From: Macrostomum lignano
Lineage: Eukaryota
Direction: 5' to 3'
DNA: 64,000 nucleotides
NCBI GenBank assembly: GCA_002269645.1
Contig: NIVC01002309.1
Coordinates: 62,001-126,000, forward strand
The notes beneath the pieces were generated by a model that was not told where the DNA came from, searched no databases, and saw nothing but the letters and a program-made list of their open reading frames with translations. A program made the position numbers and the translations under genes. How positions within the stretch are numbered: position 1 is the first letter of the stretch; the number at the start of each line of letters is the position of its first letter. Shown here in pieces: positions 1 through 12,195 of the stretch.

Positions 1-1150
1 ATAATAAGTGAAATAAAGAGCTAAAAAGAAGTCAATAATCAAATTTTTATGCAGTTGTCTGTGAATTTGGACAATGACAACAACATTTATATGCCAGATA
101 TTTATTTATAACAGAAGACAATTGCCGACTGGCATTCTATACAGGCTAGTGCTTTCTCGATAAAAATTTCATATTTGAGAACTATGCATATTATGTCAGA
201 GAAGCAAGAATGTTAGACAAAAAATGAATTTAATTATGTGGAGTCTAATTAATAAACAACAAATTAAAAAACAGGTCTCAACAAAAAGCACACAAATGCT
301 CTGTGCAGACTCGATTTCTACAAGGCGTTGTGTGGCAATTTAAGATTCTGTACTTTAAATAAATCAGATTCTGCTGCAGTCTCTGCGACAGTCAAAAGTA
401 CATGAGGGACTTTTTGTATTGTACTCGTAATAATAATAACAAAATCACAGGTGAATCGATTACTTTATTTATTACCAGTAGTGATGAAATTCCGACTGAA
501 TGAATTTGAACATTGTTTTACAAAAATCTATTTTTAAATAAAATGTTTTTGAGAATACAGAGATGAACTTTCTGCTGCAATGCATTTCTTGGGCATTCAA
601 TTATAAAAAAAGAATATATATTTAATGTAGCACAAGACAAGATCCGGGAAGGCACACTGTGAATTGCGCTGCACGACAAAGTGACACCAGACATTCAATT
701 CAGATTTTAAGTTGACAACAAAAATGTTTTTTATGTTTTATAAGTTGATTTATAAACAGAGATAAGTACATTTTGATACTGTCACACGATCACAGCCGAA
801 ATCGAAATATTTAATATACAGTACAAATTTGAATGAAATACATTTTAATAGGTTGCACGCAAAGCACAATTAATTGCTTACGCATATTTTCTTAGTACAT
901 AAAGAAAGGTAAGTGCAATTTATTTCATTGCTAATTATATTTCATACTATAATCAAATTTAAAAAATTACATATGCATAACTTATGTTATAAGTGCAGAC
1001 AAGTGTTTGTTTAAGCCGTTTATCAAAAATATGGATTTAAATTTAAGTAAGCATCGACGAAATCAATTATGAGCACGCAATAATTAAAAAATCAATATTT
1101 TACCTTTTTCATTTTATTGAAACTGTTCCGAAATTATTAGATTTTTTGCG

Positions 1151-1858
1151 CAAGGACAACGTATATAAAGGACGCGACACTCACGTTTCATGGAAAAAGT
1201 TTTGAAGGCCGATAGCAGATAGCAGAAAATACACTACGGAGATAGGAAGTTTTCTTGTTTTTCATATTAAAATTGTTAGTGCTTTCGATATGAGGCAGAC
1301 CCAATGTTCATATTTTGAAATGTTGTGCCTTTTTTATAGCTTTATTGATATTAATAAAGCTTCTCATCCAGAAAATTAGGATTCTATGTTAATTTCTGAC
1401 TCTATGTACATTTCCTGTACCTAAAAATCATAAAAATGCATGGCACAGCTCCAATCTATGGTTTTATCAATCCATTTTATCAACTCCGTCACGCATTGTT
1501 ACACAGTCAGCTGAGAATGATAAAATAGACTCATAAAACCAATGAGCCGATTCGTGCCATTTTTAATGGTTTTTAGGCGCAGGACATGCAATTGTATATA
1601 GATCAATAAGAAATTAACTCAGAATCCTAATTTTCTAAACGAAAAGCTCCATGAATATCAATAGAGCTATAAGGAAGGCACAACTAACATATAAAAGATG
1701 AACACTGTGTCTGCCTCCTATCGAAAGCAATAACAATTTTTGTGATGAAAGACGCGAAAAGTTTCTATCTCCGTAGTGTATTTTTCGGCGAAAAGTGGCC
1801 TTCAAAACGTTTTCCTATAGATTTAGAGTGTTGCGTCCTTTTACTTTAGTAGTCCTTG
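1151..1858. mobile_element. Palindromic non-autonomous DNA transposon (MITE, hAT-type 8-bp TSD)
   Basis: Ends are CAAGGAC...GTCCTTG. The 8-bp direct repeat TTTTTGCG sits at 1143-1150 and 1859-1866. Left (~1151-1470) and right (~1530-1858) parts are imperfect reverse complements, e.g. GAAAATACACTACGGAGATAG vs CTATCTCCGTAGTGTATTTTTC. Confidence 0.85.
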
Positions 1859-2050
1859 TTTTTGCGATTTTGATTTTTTCAAATGTTAAGACATTTTCCA
1901 GCACAGTAATTCAATGATAAATATCGTGAAGATGGATTTTGTCAGAGATTCTTTAAAACTTTAGAATCCTCGAACCGCAACAGCAGCAGCAGCAAGCGGT
2001 TTAAATTGGCTAAAATTAAAGAAGAGAAACGCTACGCACAATCAGCGCAT

Positions 2051-3013
2051 TTAGGAGGACAGCGACACCCGATCGCTATTCAAATCCTGGACGCATTGGT
2101 CAAACAGTTCGGCAAATTCCAGCCGGTCGCTTCGATTCACAAGCCGCATAGAGACAGCTTTGACATTGTCGAATAATGACTCAATATCCAAGTCTGGCAG
2201 CGGATTCTTCAACAGCTCCATCATCTGGCTATAGTCCATGGTTAATAATTGGCTCTCATACAGTCGCAGGATGCCCAGAGATGCTCGATAGAGGAACGCA
2301 TCTCCGTCGTGAACGAACATATCCCAGATGCGGCAGGCAACATCGTATTGCAGATTCTTAGCGAAGATGGTGAACACCCAGTCTGTTAGAATCGGCCGCA
2401 TATGGAACTCGTGCAATTCGAAGTGTTTAGCTAATCTGGGCAGATTCTCGCATAGCAACGCTTCGAATGTCAGCTCGTAGGCTCGCATGCAGCGCTCATC
2501 GAATCGGTAGTGAGCCCGCAGGCAGGGCCGGCTTAAAAGATTAGCAAACGACACGAATGCGTGATAATCCGAGGAGCAGTTTAGCAGCAGCACGGCGCAG
2601 ATAAACGACATGCCTTGAACGTAGCCAGTGTCCGGGGAGAAGCTGGCGTAAGCCGCTAATAAATCAAACAGCCTGTCGTGATAAGGCCCGCCGCGTTGAA
2701 ACAGTTTAATGTCTGGCAGGGTTCGACTGACATCTAATGAGATCAGCTTCAATGAGTTCATCTCTGCCGTCCGTTCGACAATATCTGTTGAGTTAGCGGA
2801 ACTGCTAGCTGAGGACGGCTTTAACTGCTGTTTCTCAGCCATATCTCTGGCTCGGCTAACGTGTATGTCGAACAATTCCTCAGTGATTCGAAGTTCGTTG
2901 CCTAATAGACGGAACCAGACCTGCGGTCGGGCGTTGCTAGGCACGCCGTGCCAGCAAAGGTCGCGAAATTTTTTCGCCTCCCGACTAGTGAACTCTTGCC
3001 AGTTGGGAAGAAC
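2051..3013 (-). CDS. TBC1D14: TBC-domain Rab GTPase-activating protein (TBC1D12/14-like), last coding exon
   Basis: The ORF carries the IxxDxxR Arg finger (LISLDVSRTLP) and the YxQ Gln finger (GYVQGMSF). VLPNW...RDLCWHGVP..RPQVW..LGNELRIT matches TBC1D12/14. Acceptor ccccgcag|GTT at 3013, stop TAA at 2051-2053. The symbol denotes the TBC1D12/14 family; orthology is not tested. Confidence 0.93.
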   Translation of the reverse strand, partial: VLPNWQEFTSREAKKFRDLCWHGVPSNARPQVWFRLLGNELRITEELFDIHVSRARDMAEKQQLKPSSASSSANSTDIVERTAEMNSLKLISLDVSRTLPDIKLFQRGGPYHDRLFDLLAAYASFSPDTGYVQGMSFICAVLLLNCSSDYHAFVSFANLLSRPCLRAHYRFDERCMRAYELTFEALLCENLPRLAKHFELHEFHMRPILTDWVFTIFAKNLQYDVACRIWDMFVHDGDAFLYRASLGILRLYESQLLTMDYSQMMELLKNPLPDLDIESLFDNVKAVSMRLVNRSDRLEFAELFDQCVQDLNSDRVSLSS

Positions 3014-3109
3014 CTGCGGGGTTTTTGCGTTGTCAATAGTTTTCACTAGTTTTAAAACTGCTGATCGATATTACAAATCAGTTATCATTATCAAAAATCA
3101 TTTATCCAT

Positions 3110-4030
3110 ATCTGTAACTGATTATCGATATCTATAAGTGATTATCGAAATCTATAACTGATTATCGATATCTATAAGTGATTATCGAAATCTATAACTG
3201 ATTATCGATATCTATAAGTGAGTATCGATATCTATAACTGATTATCGATATCTATAAGTGATTATTGATATCTATAAGCGATTATCGATATCTATAAGTG
3301 ACTATCGATATCTATAAGTGATTATCGATATCTATAAGTGATTATCGATATCTATAAGTGATCATCGATATCTATAACTGATTATCTATATCTATAACTG
3401 ATTATCGATATCTATAAGTGATAACTGAAATCTATAACTTAAGATCGATAACTATAACTGATTATCGATATCTATAACTGATTATCGATATCTATAACTG
3501 ATTATTGATATCTATATTTACAATTGAATATCAATATCTATAACTGATTATCGATATTTATAACTGATTATCGATATCTATAAGTGATCATCGATATCTA
3601 TAACTGATTATCGATATCTATAACTGATTATCGATATCTATAACTGATTATTGATATCTATATTTACAATTGAATATCAATATCTATAACTGATTATCGA
3701 TATTTATAACTGATTATCGATATCTATAAGTGATCATCGATATCTATAACTGATTATCGATATCTACATTTACAATTGAACATCGATATCTATAACTGAT
3801 TATCGATATTTATAACTGATTATCGATATCTATAAGTGATCATCGATATCTATAACTGATTATCGATATCTATATTTAAAATTGAACATCGATATCTATA
3901 ACTGATTATCGATATTTATAACAAATTACTAATATCTATAACTGATTATAGATATCCATAACTGATTATAGATATCCATAACTGATTATCATATCTACAA
4001 CTGATTATCGATAATTAATTCTAAATATCT
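3110..4030. repeat. 20-bp minisatellite (TCTATAACTGATTATCGATA)n in TBC intron
   Basis: Tandem 20-bp units with point variants are directly visible. Confidence 0.95.
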
Positions 4031-4559
4031 AGAACTAGTTATCGATATCGGAACCAATATTAGCAAATACCGATGCTCTATTAAAATTATGTATCTTATG
4101 TCATACTTATAGCTCAAAAAGCGTTTATCTAGATATTGCCACAGAGAAGGTCAATTACAAAGTATTTGACACTTGGACACAGCTGCGCAATAAAAAGTAC
4201 ACGCGAGCCTACAGTATGTACCGAGATAGCGCTTGCATGGCGCTTGAGTACTGCACTAGCATGCCTATGAACTTTTCTAGATATTGGCCATATCAGCTGG
4301 TATGATGGTCTACTTTAATCGGTAATTTTGAGGCCACATTCTCAAGAGAACTACAATAGAAGCAGAAAAATTTTCACACACTCTTAAGGCATGAAAAATA
4401 TGGGGCGAGAGAGATACGTAGGAGATTAAAATAGCGAGTTTAAATAAGGTAAAGACAGGAGGCAGGTAACTGCGGGTTTATTAAAATAACCAACGCATGG
4501 ATACTAATGAACCAACAAAGGGAAAGTGTGCTCAAACAAACGCTGGATGAGAATGGAAT

Positions 4560-6770
4560 AGATTAAAGATTAGAGAGATAAGAGAGATAATAGATGAGAG
4601 ATCACACAGAAAATAGACGAGAGATTAGAGAGACAATAGATGAGAGAACACACAAAAAATAGATTAGAGATTAGACAAATATTAGATGAGAGAACACACA
4701 GAGAACAAATTAGAGATCAGACAGATAATAGATGAGAGATCACACAGAGAATAGATGAGAGATAAGACAGATAATAGATGAGGGATCACACAGAGAATAG
4801 ATGAGAGATCAGACAGATAATACTGTAGATGAGAGATCACACAGAGAATAGATGAGAGATTAAGCAGATATTAGATGAGAGATCACACAGAGAATAGATG
4901 AGAGATTAGACAGATATTAGATGAGAGATCACACAGAGAATAGATGAGAGATTAGAGAGATAATAGATGAGAGATCACACAGAGAATAGATAAGAGACTA
5001 AACAGATATTAGATAAGAGATCACACAGAGAATAGATGAGAGATTAGACAGATAATAGATGAGAGATCACACAGAGAATAGATGAGAGATTAGACAGATA
5101 TTAGATGAGAGATCACACAGAGAATAGATAAGAGATTAAACAGATATTAGATGAGAGAACACACTAAAAATAGATTAGAGATTAGACAAATATTAGATGA
5201 GAGATCACACAGAGAATAGATGAGAGATTACAGAGATAATAGATGAGAGATCACACAGAGAATAAATGAAAGATTAGAGAGATAATAGATGAGAGATCAC
5301 AGAGAATAGATGAGATGAGAGATCACACAGAGAATAGATGAGAACACACTAAAAATAGATTAGAGATTAGACAAATATTAGATGAGAGATCACACAGAGA
5401 ATAGATAAGAGATTAGAGAGATAATAGATGAGAGATCACAGAGAATAGATGAGAGATTAGAGAGATAATAGATGAGAGATCACAGAGAATAGATGAGATG
5501 AGAGATCACATAGAGAATAGATGAGAACACACTAAAAATAGATTAGAGATTAGACAAATATTAGATGAGAGATCACACAGAGAATAAATTAGAGATCAGA
5601 CAGATAATAGATGAGAGATCACACAGAGAATAGATGAGAGATAAGACAGATAATAGATGAGGGATCACACAGAGAATAGATGAGAGATCAGACAGATAAT
5701 ACTGTAGATGAGAGATCACACAGAGAATAGATGAGAGATTAAGCAGATATTAGATGAGAGATCACACAGAGAATAGATGAGAGATTAGACAGATATTAGA
5801 TGAGAGATCACACAGAGAATAGATGAGAGATTAGACAGATATTAGATGAGAGATCACACAGAGAATAGATGAGAGATTAGAGAGATAATAGATGAGAGAT
5901 CACAGAGAATAGATGAGATGAGAGATCACACAGAGAATAGATGAGAGATTAGACAGAGAATAGATGAGAGATCACACAGAGAATAGATGAGAGATTAGAG
6001 AGATAATAGATGAGAGATCACACAGAAAATAGATAAGAGATTAGACAGATATTAGATGACAGATCACACAGAGAATAGATAAGAGATTAAACAGATATTA
6101 GATGAGAGAACACACAAAAAATAGATTAGAGATTAGACAAATATTAGATGAGAGATCACACAGAGAATAAATAAGAGATTAAACAGATATTATATGAGAG
6201 AACACACAAAAAATAGATTAGAGATTAGACAAATATTAGATGAGAGATCACACAGAGAATAGATGAGAGATTAGAGATAATAGATGAGAGATCACACAGA
6301 GAATAAATGACAGATTAGAGAGATAATAGATGAGAGATCACACAGAGAATATATGAGAGATTAGAGAGATAATAGATGAGAGATCACACAGAGAATATAT
6401 GAGAGATTAGAGAGATAATAGATGAGAGATCACACAGAGAATAAATGAGAGATTAGAGAGATAATAGATGAGAGATCACACAGAGAATAAATGACAGATT
6501 AGAGAGATAATAGATGAGAGATCACACAGAGAATATATGAGAGATTAGAGAGATAATAGATGAGAGATCACACAGAGAATAAATGAGAGATTAGAGAGAT
6601 AATAGATGAGAGATCACAGAGAATAGATGAGATGAGAGATCACACAGAGAATAAATAAGAGATTAGAGAGATAATAGATGAGAGATCACAGAGAATAGAT
6701 GAGATGAGAGATCACACAGAGAATAGATGAGAGATTAGACAGAGAATAAATAAGATAAATAAATAAGATC
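4560..6770. repeat. Purine-rich ~45-bp compound satellite (GAGAGATCACACAGAGAATAGATGAGAGATTAGACAGATAATAGAT-like) in TBC intron
   Basis: Tandem units are visible. The array ends about 35 bp from the exon 2 donor. Confidence 0.95.
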
Positions 6771-6804
6771 CAGACAGTTATAACACAATCAAGAAGCAAC
6801 CAAC

Positions 6805-7020
6805 CTTATTCTGCCATGTATCCATCAGCTTCTGCGCCTGATTTTCCAACCGCCGATTCTTGTCGCTATCCTTTCGTCGACGCAGCCGATCGTCCTCTTC
6901 TTTTCGTTGGGCATTGCGCAGCATCTCCTGGTACTCGCGTTGGTGCCGAGCCAGTTCGCTCAGATCTTTGGGAGGCGCCCCTGTAGGCCGATCCACCGCG
7001 ATCAGGCCTAGGGTGGACAC
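6805..7020 (-). CDS. TBC1D14: TBC1D12/14-like Rab-GAP, middle coding exon (216 nt, phase 0-0)
   Basis: VSTLGLIAVDRPTGAPPKDLSELARHQREYQEM...TWQNK resembles the TBC1D14 'STTALILEDRPANLPAK..E..KHRQQYEEM' coiled coil. Acceptor ctcacccgccag|GTG, donor AAG|gttggt. In frame with both neighbours. Confidence 0.92.
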
Positions 7021-7089
7021 CTGGCGGGTGAGGAGCAGGGGTCATCAATTTGCTAGATTGACCTTCACCCTGATATCTGTTCTCTATTT

Positions 7090-7945
7090 ATAATATCTTA
7101 TCTACTCTCCGTGTTTGACCTCTCATCTATTCTGTATCTAAACTCTTATCTATTTCCTGTGTCTGATCTCTCATCTATTCTGTATCTAAACTCTCATCTA
7201 TTCTATGTGTCTGATCTCTTATCTATTTCCTGTGTCTGATCTCTCATCTATTCTGTATCTAAACTCTCATCTATTCTATGTGTCTGATCTCTCTATTTTC
7301 TGTGTCTAATCTCTCGTCTATTCTCTGTGACTAATCTCGCATCTTTCTCCGTGTCTGATCTCTCATCTATTCTGTGTCTGATCTCTCATCTATTCTCTGG
7401 TCTAATGTCTCATATATTCTCTGTGTCTAATCTCGCATCTTTCTCCGTGTCTGATCTCTCATCTATTCTGTGTCTGATCTCTCATCTATTCTCTGGTCTA
7501 ATGTCTTATATATTCTCTGTGTCTAATCTCTTATCTATTCCCTGTGTCTGATCTCTCATCTATTCTGTATCTAAACTCTCATCTATTCTATGTGTCTGAT
7601 CTCTCTATTTTCTGTGTCTAATCTCTCGTCTATTCTCTGTGTCTAATCTCGCATCTTTCTCCGTGTCTGATCTCTCGTCTATTCTGTGTCTGATCTCTCA
7701 TATATTCTCTGTGTCTAATCTCTTATCTATTCTCTGTGTCTAATCTCTTATCTATTCTCTGGTCTTATCTCTTATCTATTCTCTGTCTAAACTCTCATCT
7801 TTTTTTGTGTCTGATCTCTCTCTTTTCTGCGTCTGATCTCTATATTTTCTGTGTCTGACCTCTTATCTATTCTCTGTGTCTAATCTCTCATCTATTCTCT
7901 TTCTGATCTCTCATCTATTCTCTGTCTGATCTCTCATCGACTCTT
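7090..7945. repeat. Pyrimidine-rich satellite, reverse-complement relative of the 4560-6770 array
   Basis: The unit CTGATCTCTCATCTATTCTCTGTGTCTAATCTCTCATCTATT reverse-complements to the AATAGATGAGAGATTAGACACAGAGAATAGATGAGAGATCAG motif seen at 4560-6770. Confidence 0.9.
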
Positions 7946-8619
7946 TGTGTTGAGGTCTTGAATTTTTTGTCTAAAAAACCTAAACTGAATGTTTGAAATG
8001 GCCTTATTAATCCTATCTAATACCTGAATATGTCTAGATAAAACATATATTTACTCAGCAAAAGTACAAAAGTTGTACACTTACACGGCCCTTAGTCGCC
8101 AATATTATTGTACTAATATTTAAACAGGTAATATTACTAAAATAATTAATAACGATTTCTACTAACTAAACAATAAACCTAGTACAAATAATGGAAGTTG
8201 TTTTCTCAAACACACGCCTGCACACTTATACACAGAAGGGCAGCGGCGCAATGTAAAGCGCGAGACAAAAAATGAGAGAATAAAAAGGGTTGCAACAAGT
8301 CAGCTGAGCGGCTAATTGATATGCATGCATTTATATCAGTTGCACACAAGATCAAAGGTAAGGAATTAGGAGAGGCACCCCCAGGTAAGGGCTTACAGAG
8401 AAACAGGGTGCAATTATATATGCACCACGGTGGCCTTACACAGATAGGACAACGTGCAAGAGTTTGTATGTACATTCAGAGTTTGTGCATATAAAATTAA
8501 ATGTTTCTTCGCGTTCATTTCCCTAACAGCAATGCAGTGCAGTAAAGTTATTTCATTGCGGTCAAATTGTATAGAGCCTACTTAAAAGTAGGTATGGAGA
8601 AGTAGTTAGATAAAGATTC

Positions 8620-11065
8620 TCATTTTGATAAGTTTAAAATCCATAATTTTGATCAATTTTAAATCCCCATTTTGATCAATTTAAAATCCTAATTTTGATC
8701 AATTTAAAAACCTCATTTTGATCAATTTAAAAACCTCATTTTGATCAATTTAAAAACCTCATTTTGATCAATTTAAAAACCTCATTTTGATCAATTTAAA
8801 AACCTCATTTCGATCAATTTAAAATCCTTATTTTGATCAATTTAAAAACCTCATTTTGATCAATTTAAAATCTTCGTTTTGATCAATTTAAAATCCTAAT
8901 TTTGATTAATTTAAAATCCTCATTTTACTCAATTTAAAATCCTCAGTTCGATCAATTTAAAATCCTCGTTTTGATCAATTTAAAATCCTCATTTTGATCA
9001 ATTTTAAATCCCCCATTTTGATCAATTTAAAATCCTAATTTTGATCAATTTAAAAACCTCATTTTGATCAATTTAAAAACCTCATTTTGATCAATTTAAA
9101 ATCCTCATTTTGATCAATTTAAAATCCTCATTTTGATCAATTTAAAATCCTTGTTCTGATCAATTTAAAATCCTCATTTCGATCAATTTAAAAACCTCAT
9201 TTTGATCAATTTAAAATCCTCATTTCGATCAATTTAAAAACCTCATTTTGATCAATTTAAAATCCTCATTTCGATCAATTTAAAAACCTCATTTTGATCA
9301 ATTTTAAATCCCCATTTTGATCAATTTAAAATCCTAATTTTGATTAATTTAAAAACCTCATTTTGATCAATTTAAAAACCTCATTTTGATCAATTTAAAA
9401 ACCTCATTTTGATCAATTTAAAATCCTTATTTTGATCAATTTAAAAACCTCATTTTGATCAATTTAAAATCCTCATTTTGATCACCTTAAATCCTCATTT
9501 CGATCAATTTAAAATCCTTATTTTGATCAATTTAAAAACCTCATTTTGATCAATTTAAAAACCTCATTTCGATCAATTTAAAATCCTTATTTTGATCAAT
9601 TTAAAAACCTCATTTTGATCAATTTAAAATCTTCGTTTTGATCAATTTAAAATCCTAATTTTGATTAATTTAAAATCCTCATTTTACTCAATTTAAAATC
9701 CTCAGTTCGATCAATTTAAAATCCTCGTTTTGATCAATTTAAAATCCTCATTTCGATCAATTTAAAATCCTCATTTTGATCAATTTAAAATCCCCATTTT
9801 GATCAATTTAAAATCCTAATTTTGATCAATTTAAAATCCTCATTTTGATCAATTTAAAAACCTCATTTTGATCAATTTAAAATCCTTGTTCTGATCAATT
9901 TAAAATCCTCATTTCGATCAATTTAAAAACCTCATTTTGATCAATTTAAAATCCTCATTTCGATCAATTTAAAAACCTCATTTTGATCAATTTAAAATCC
10001 TCATTTTGATTAATTTAAAAACCTCATTTTGATCAATTTAAAATCCTCATTTTGATCAATTTAAAAACCTCATTTTGATCAATTTAAAATCCTTGTTCTG
10101 ATCAATTTAAAATCATCATTTTGATCAATTTAAAATCCTCATTTTGATCAATTTAAAATCCTCATTTTGATCAATTTAAAATCCTCGTTTTGATCAATTT
10201 AAAATCCTCATTTTGATCACCTTAAATCCTCATTTCGATCAATTTAAAAACCTCATTTCGATCAATTTAAAATCCTTATTTTGATCAATTTAAAAACCTC
10301 ATTTTGATCAATTTAAAATCCTCATTTTGATCACCTTAAATCCTCATTTCGATCAATTTAAAATCCTCATTTCGATCAATTTAAAATCCTCATTTTGATC
10401 AATTTAAAATCCTCATTTTGATCAATTTAAAATCCTTGTTCTGATCAATTTAAAATCCTCATTTCGATCAATTTAAAAACCTCATTTCGATCAATTTAAA
10501 ATCCTTATTTTGATCAATTTAAAAACCTCATTTTGATCAATTTAAAATCCTCATTTTGATCACCTTAAATCCTCATTTCGATCAATTTAAAATCCTCATT
10601 TCGATCAATTTAAAATCCTCATTTTGATCAATTTAAAATACTCATTTTGATCAATTTAAAATCCTTGTTCTGATCAATTTAAAATCCTTATTTTGATCAA
10701 TTTAAAATCATCGTTTTAATCAATTTAAAACTCTCATTTTGATCAATTTAAAATCCTCATTTCAGTCCATTTAAAATCCTTATTTTGATCAATTTAAAAT
10801 CCTTATTTTAGTCAATTTAAAATCCTCATTTCGGTCAATTTAAAATCCTCATTTTGATTAATTTAAAATCCCCATTTTGATCAATTTAAAATTCTCATTT
10901 TGATCAATTTAAAATCCTTATTTCGATCAATTTTGAATCCTCATTTCGTTCAATTAAAAATCCTCATTTCGATCAATTTAAAATCCTTATTTTGGTCAAT
11001 TTAAAATCCTCACTTTGATCAATTTAAAATCCTCACTTTGACCCAACTGAAATCCTCACTTTGAC
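8620..11065. repeat. 23-bp minisatellite (TTTTGATCAATTTAAAATCCTCA)n, ~100 copies, abutting the TBC exon 1 donor
   Basis: Tandem units are visible and run directly into the donor at 11069. Confidence 0.96.
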
Positions 11066-11069
11066 TCAC

Positions 11070-11747
11070 CTGCCTTCCATCGGAAGAAATAGAAGAACTG
11101 GGACTCCATTTCTCTCGCCAGCCAAACAGTTTATTTAACAGATTGGACTGTTGCTGCTGTTGCTGCTGTTGCTGCTGCTGCTGCTGAGACTGCAACTGCA
11201 ACTGCTGTCTCCTAGTAGGACTTCCACCAATAGCAGCAGCAGCAGAGCTCGAGGCGGAGTCGAACTGTTGCAAAGAGATCCTGTCGCCTTCTGGAAGCGA
11301 CAGCTCAGTAGAGGCGGACACAAGCGAGGATAAACTAGAAAATGACGAACAATGCTGAATACCAGCTGGGTTCAACAGTACGCCGCTGCTACCAGCTTGA
11401 TGATTTGGCGTACCCGAAGTACTCTGCTGCTGCTGAAGCAGTACGCCATGCAGATCGCTGGAACTGCGCTGATGAGAGGCGGCAATAAGAGTGGCAGTGC
11501 TGGTACGCTTACTAGACACAGAAGAGAAGGATCTCTGCACTGGCGCTGATTGCTCAGCAGCCTGACGGATATCACCAGAACACAATGTACTTTCTAAGTC
11601 CACTGATTCAAAATCGTCTGTTGATTTTTCTTCGGCAGCCGGTTCGCTGTCATCGGTTTCCATAGCAGTATTAGTACCACCATTAATTATTGGAACTGTT
11701 GAGTTATCAGTGTCAGAATGCTCAGACTGTGGTCGCACTTGTTGCAT
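11070..11747 (-). CDS. TBC1D14: TBC1D12/14-like Rab-GAP, first recognisable coding exon (low-complexity S/Q-rich N-terminus)
   Basis: Open frame from ATG 11747. Donor CAG|gtgagt at 11070/11069 is phase 0 and joins exon 2. A candidate acceptor (ttcattgcag|) at 11775 implies a further upstream exon, so the true start is uncertain. Confidence 0.8.
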
Positions 11748-11929
11748 TGTTTCTGTGGCGCATGTCGTCTCAGACCTGCAATGAATTTTGGATTTCAATT
11801 TTTATATGAATTATTAAACGTCTTATACAAGCTACTTATAGTAGTAAACCGATAATAAAGACACCTTCCTAGTCTTACAAGTATTGCAGGAAAACTACTA
11901 ACGAATACTAAGCTAGTCAGAATGTGGAA

Positions 11930-12195
11930 AGAGAGTCAGTAGAGGGAATCAGTGAATGCAGTGAGTCTGTAAAGAAAGAGAGAGTTAGTAGTCAATACTT
12001 TAGAGTGAGAATCAGCAAAGAAGAGAGTCAGTGGAGTCAGGGAGTCAGTGGAGAGAGAGAAGTCAGTGGTGGGAGTCAGTGGAGGGAGTCAGTGGTGAGT
12101 CAGTGGAGGGAGGGAGTCAGTTGTGAGAGTCAGTGGAGGGAGGGAGTCCGTGGTGAGAGTCCGTTAAAGGAGTCAGAGGAGAGTCAGTGGAATCA
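11930..12195. repeat. Degenerate GAGTCAGTGG(A/T)G repeat
   Basis: About 15 GAGTCA(GT) units in a purine-rich tract. Confidence 0.75.
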
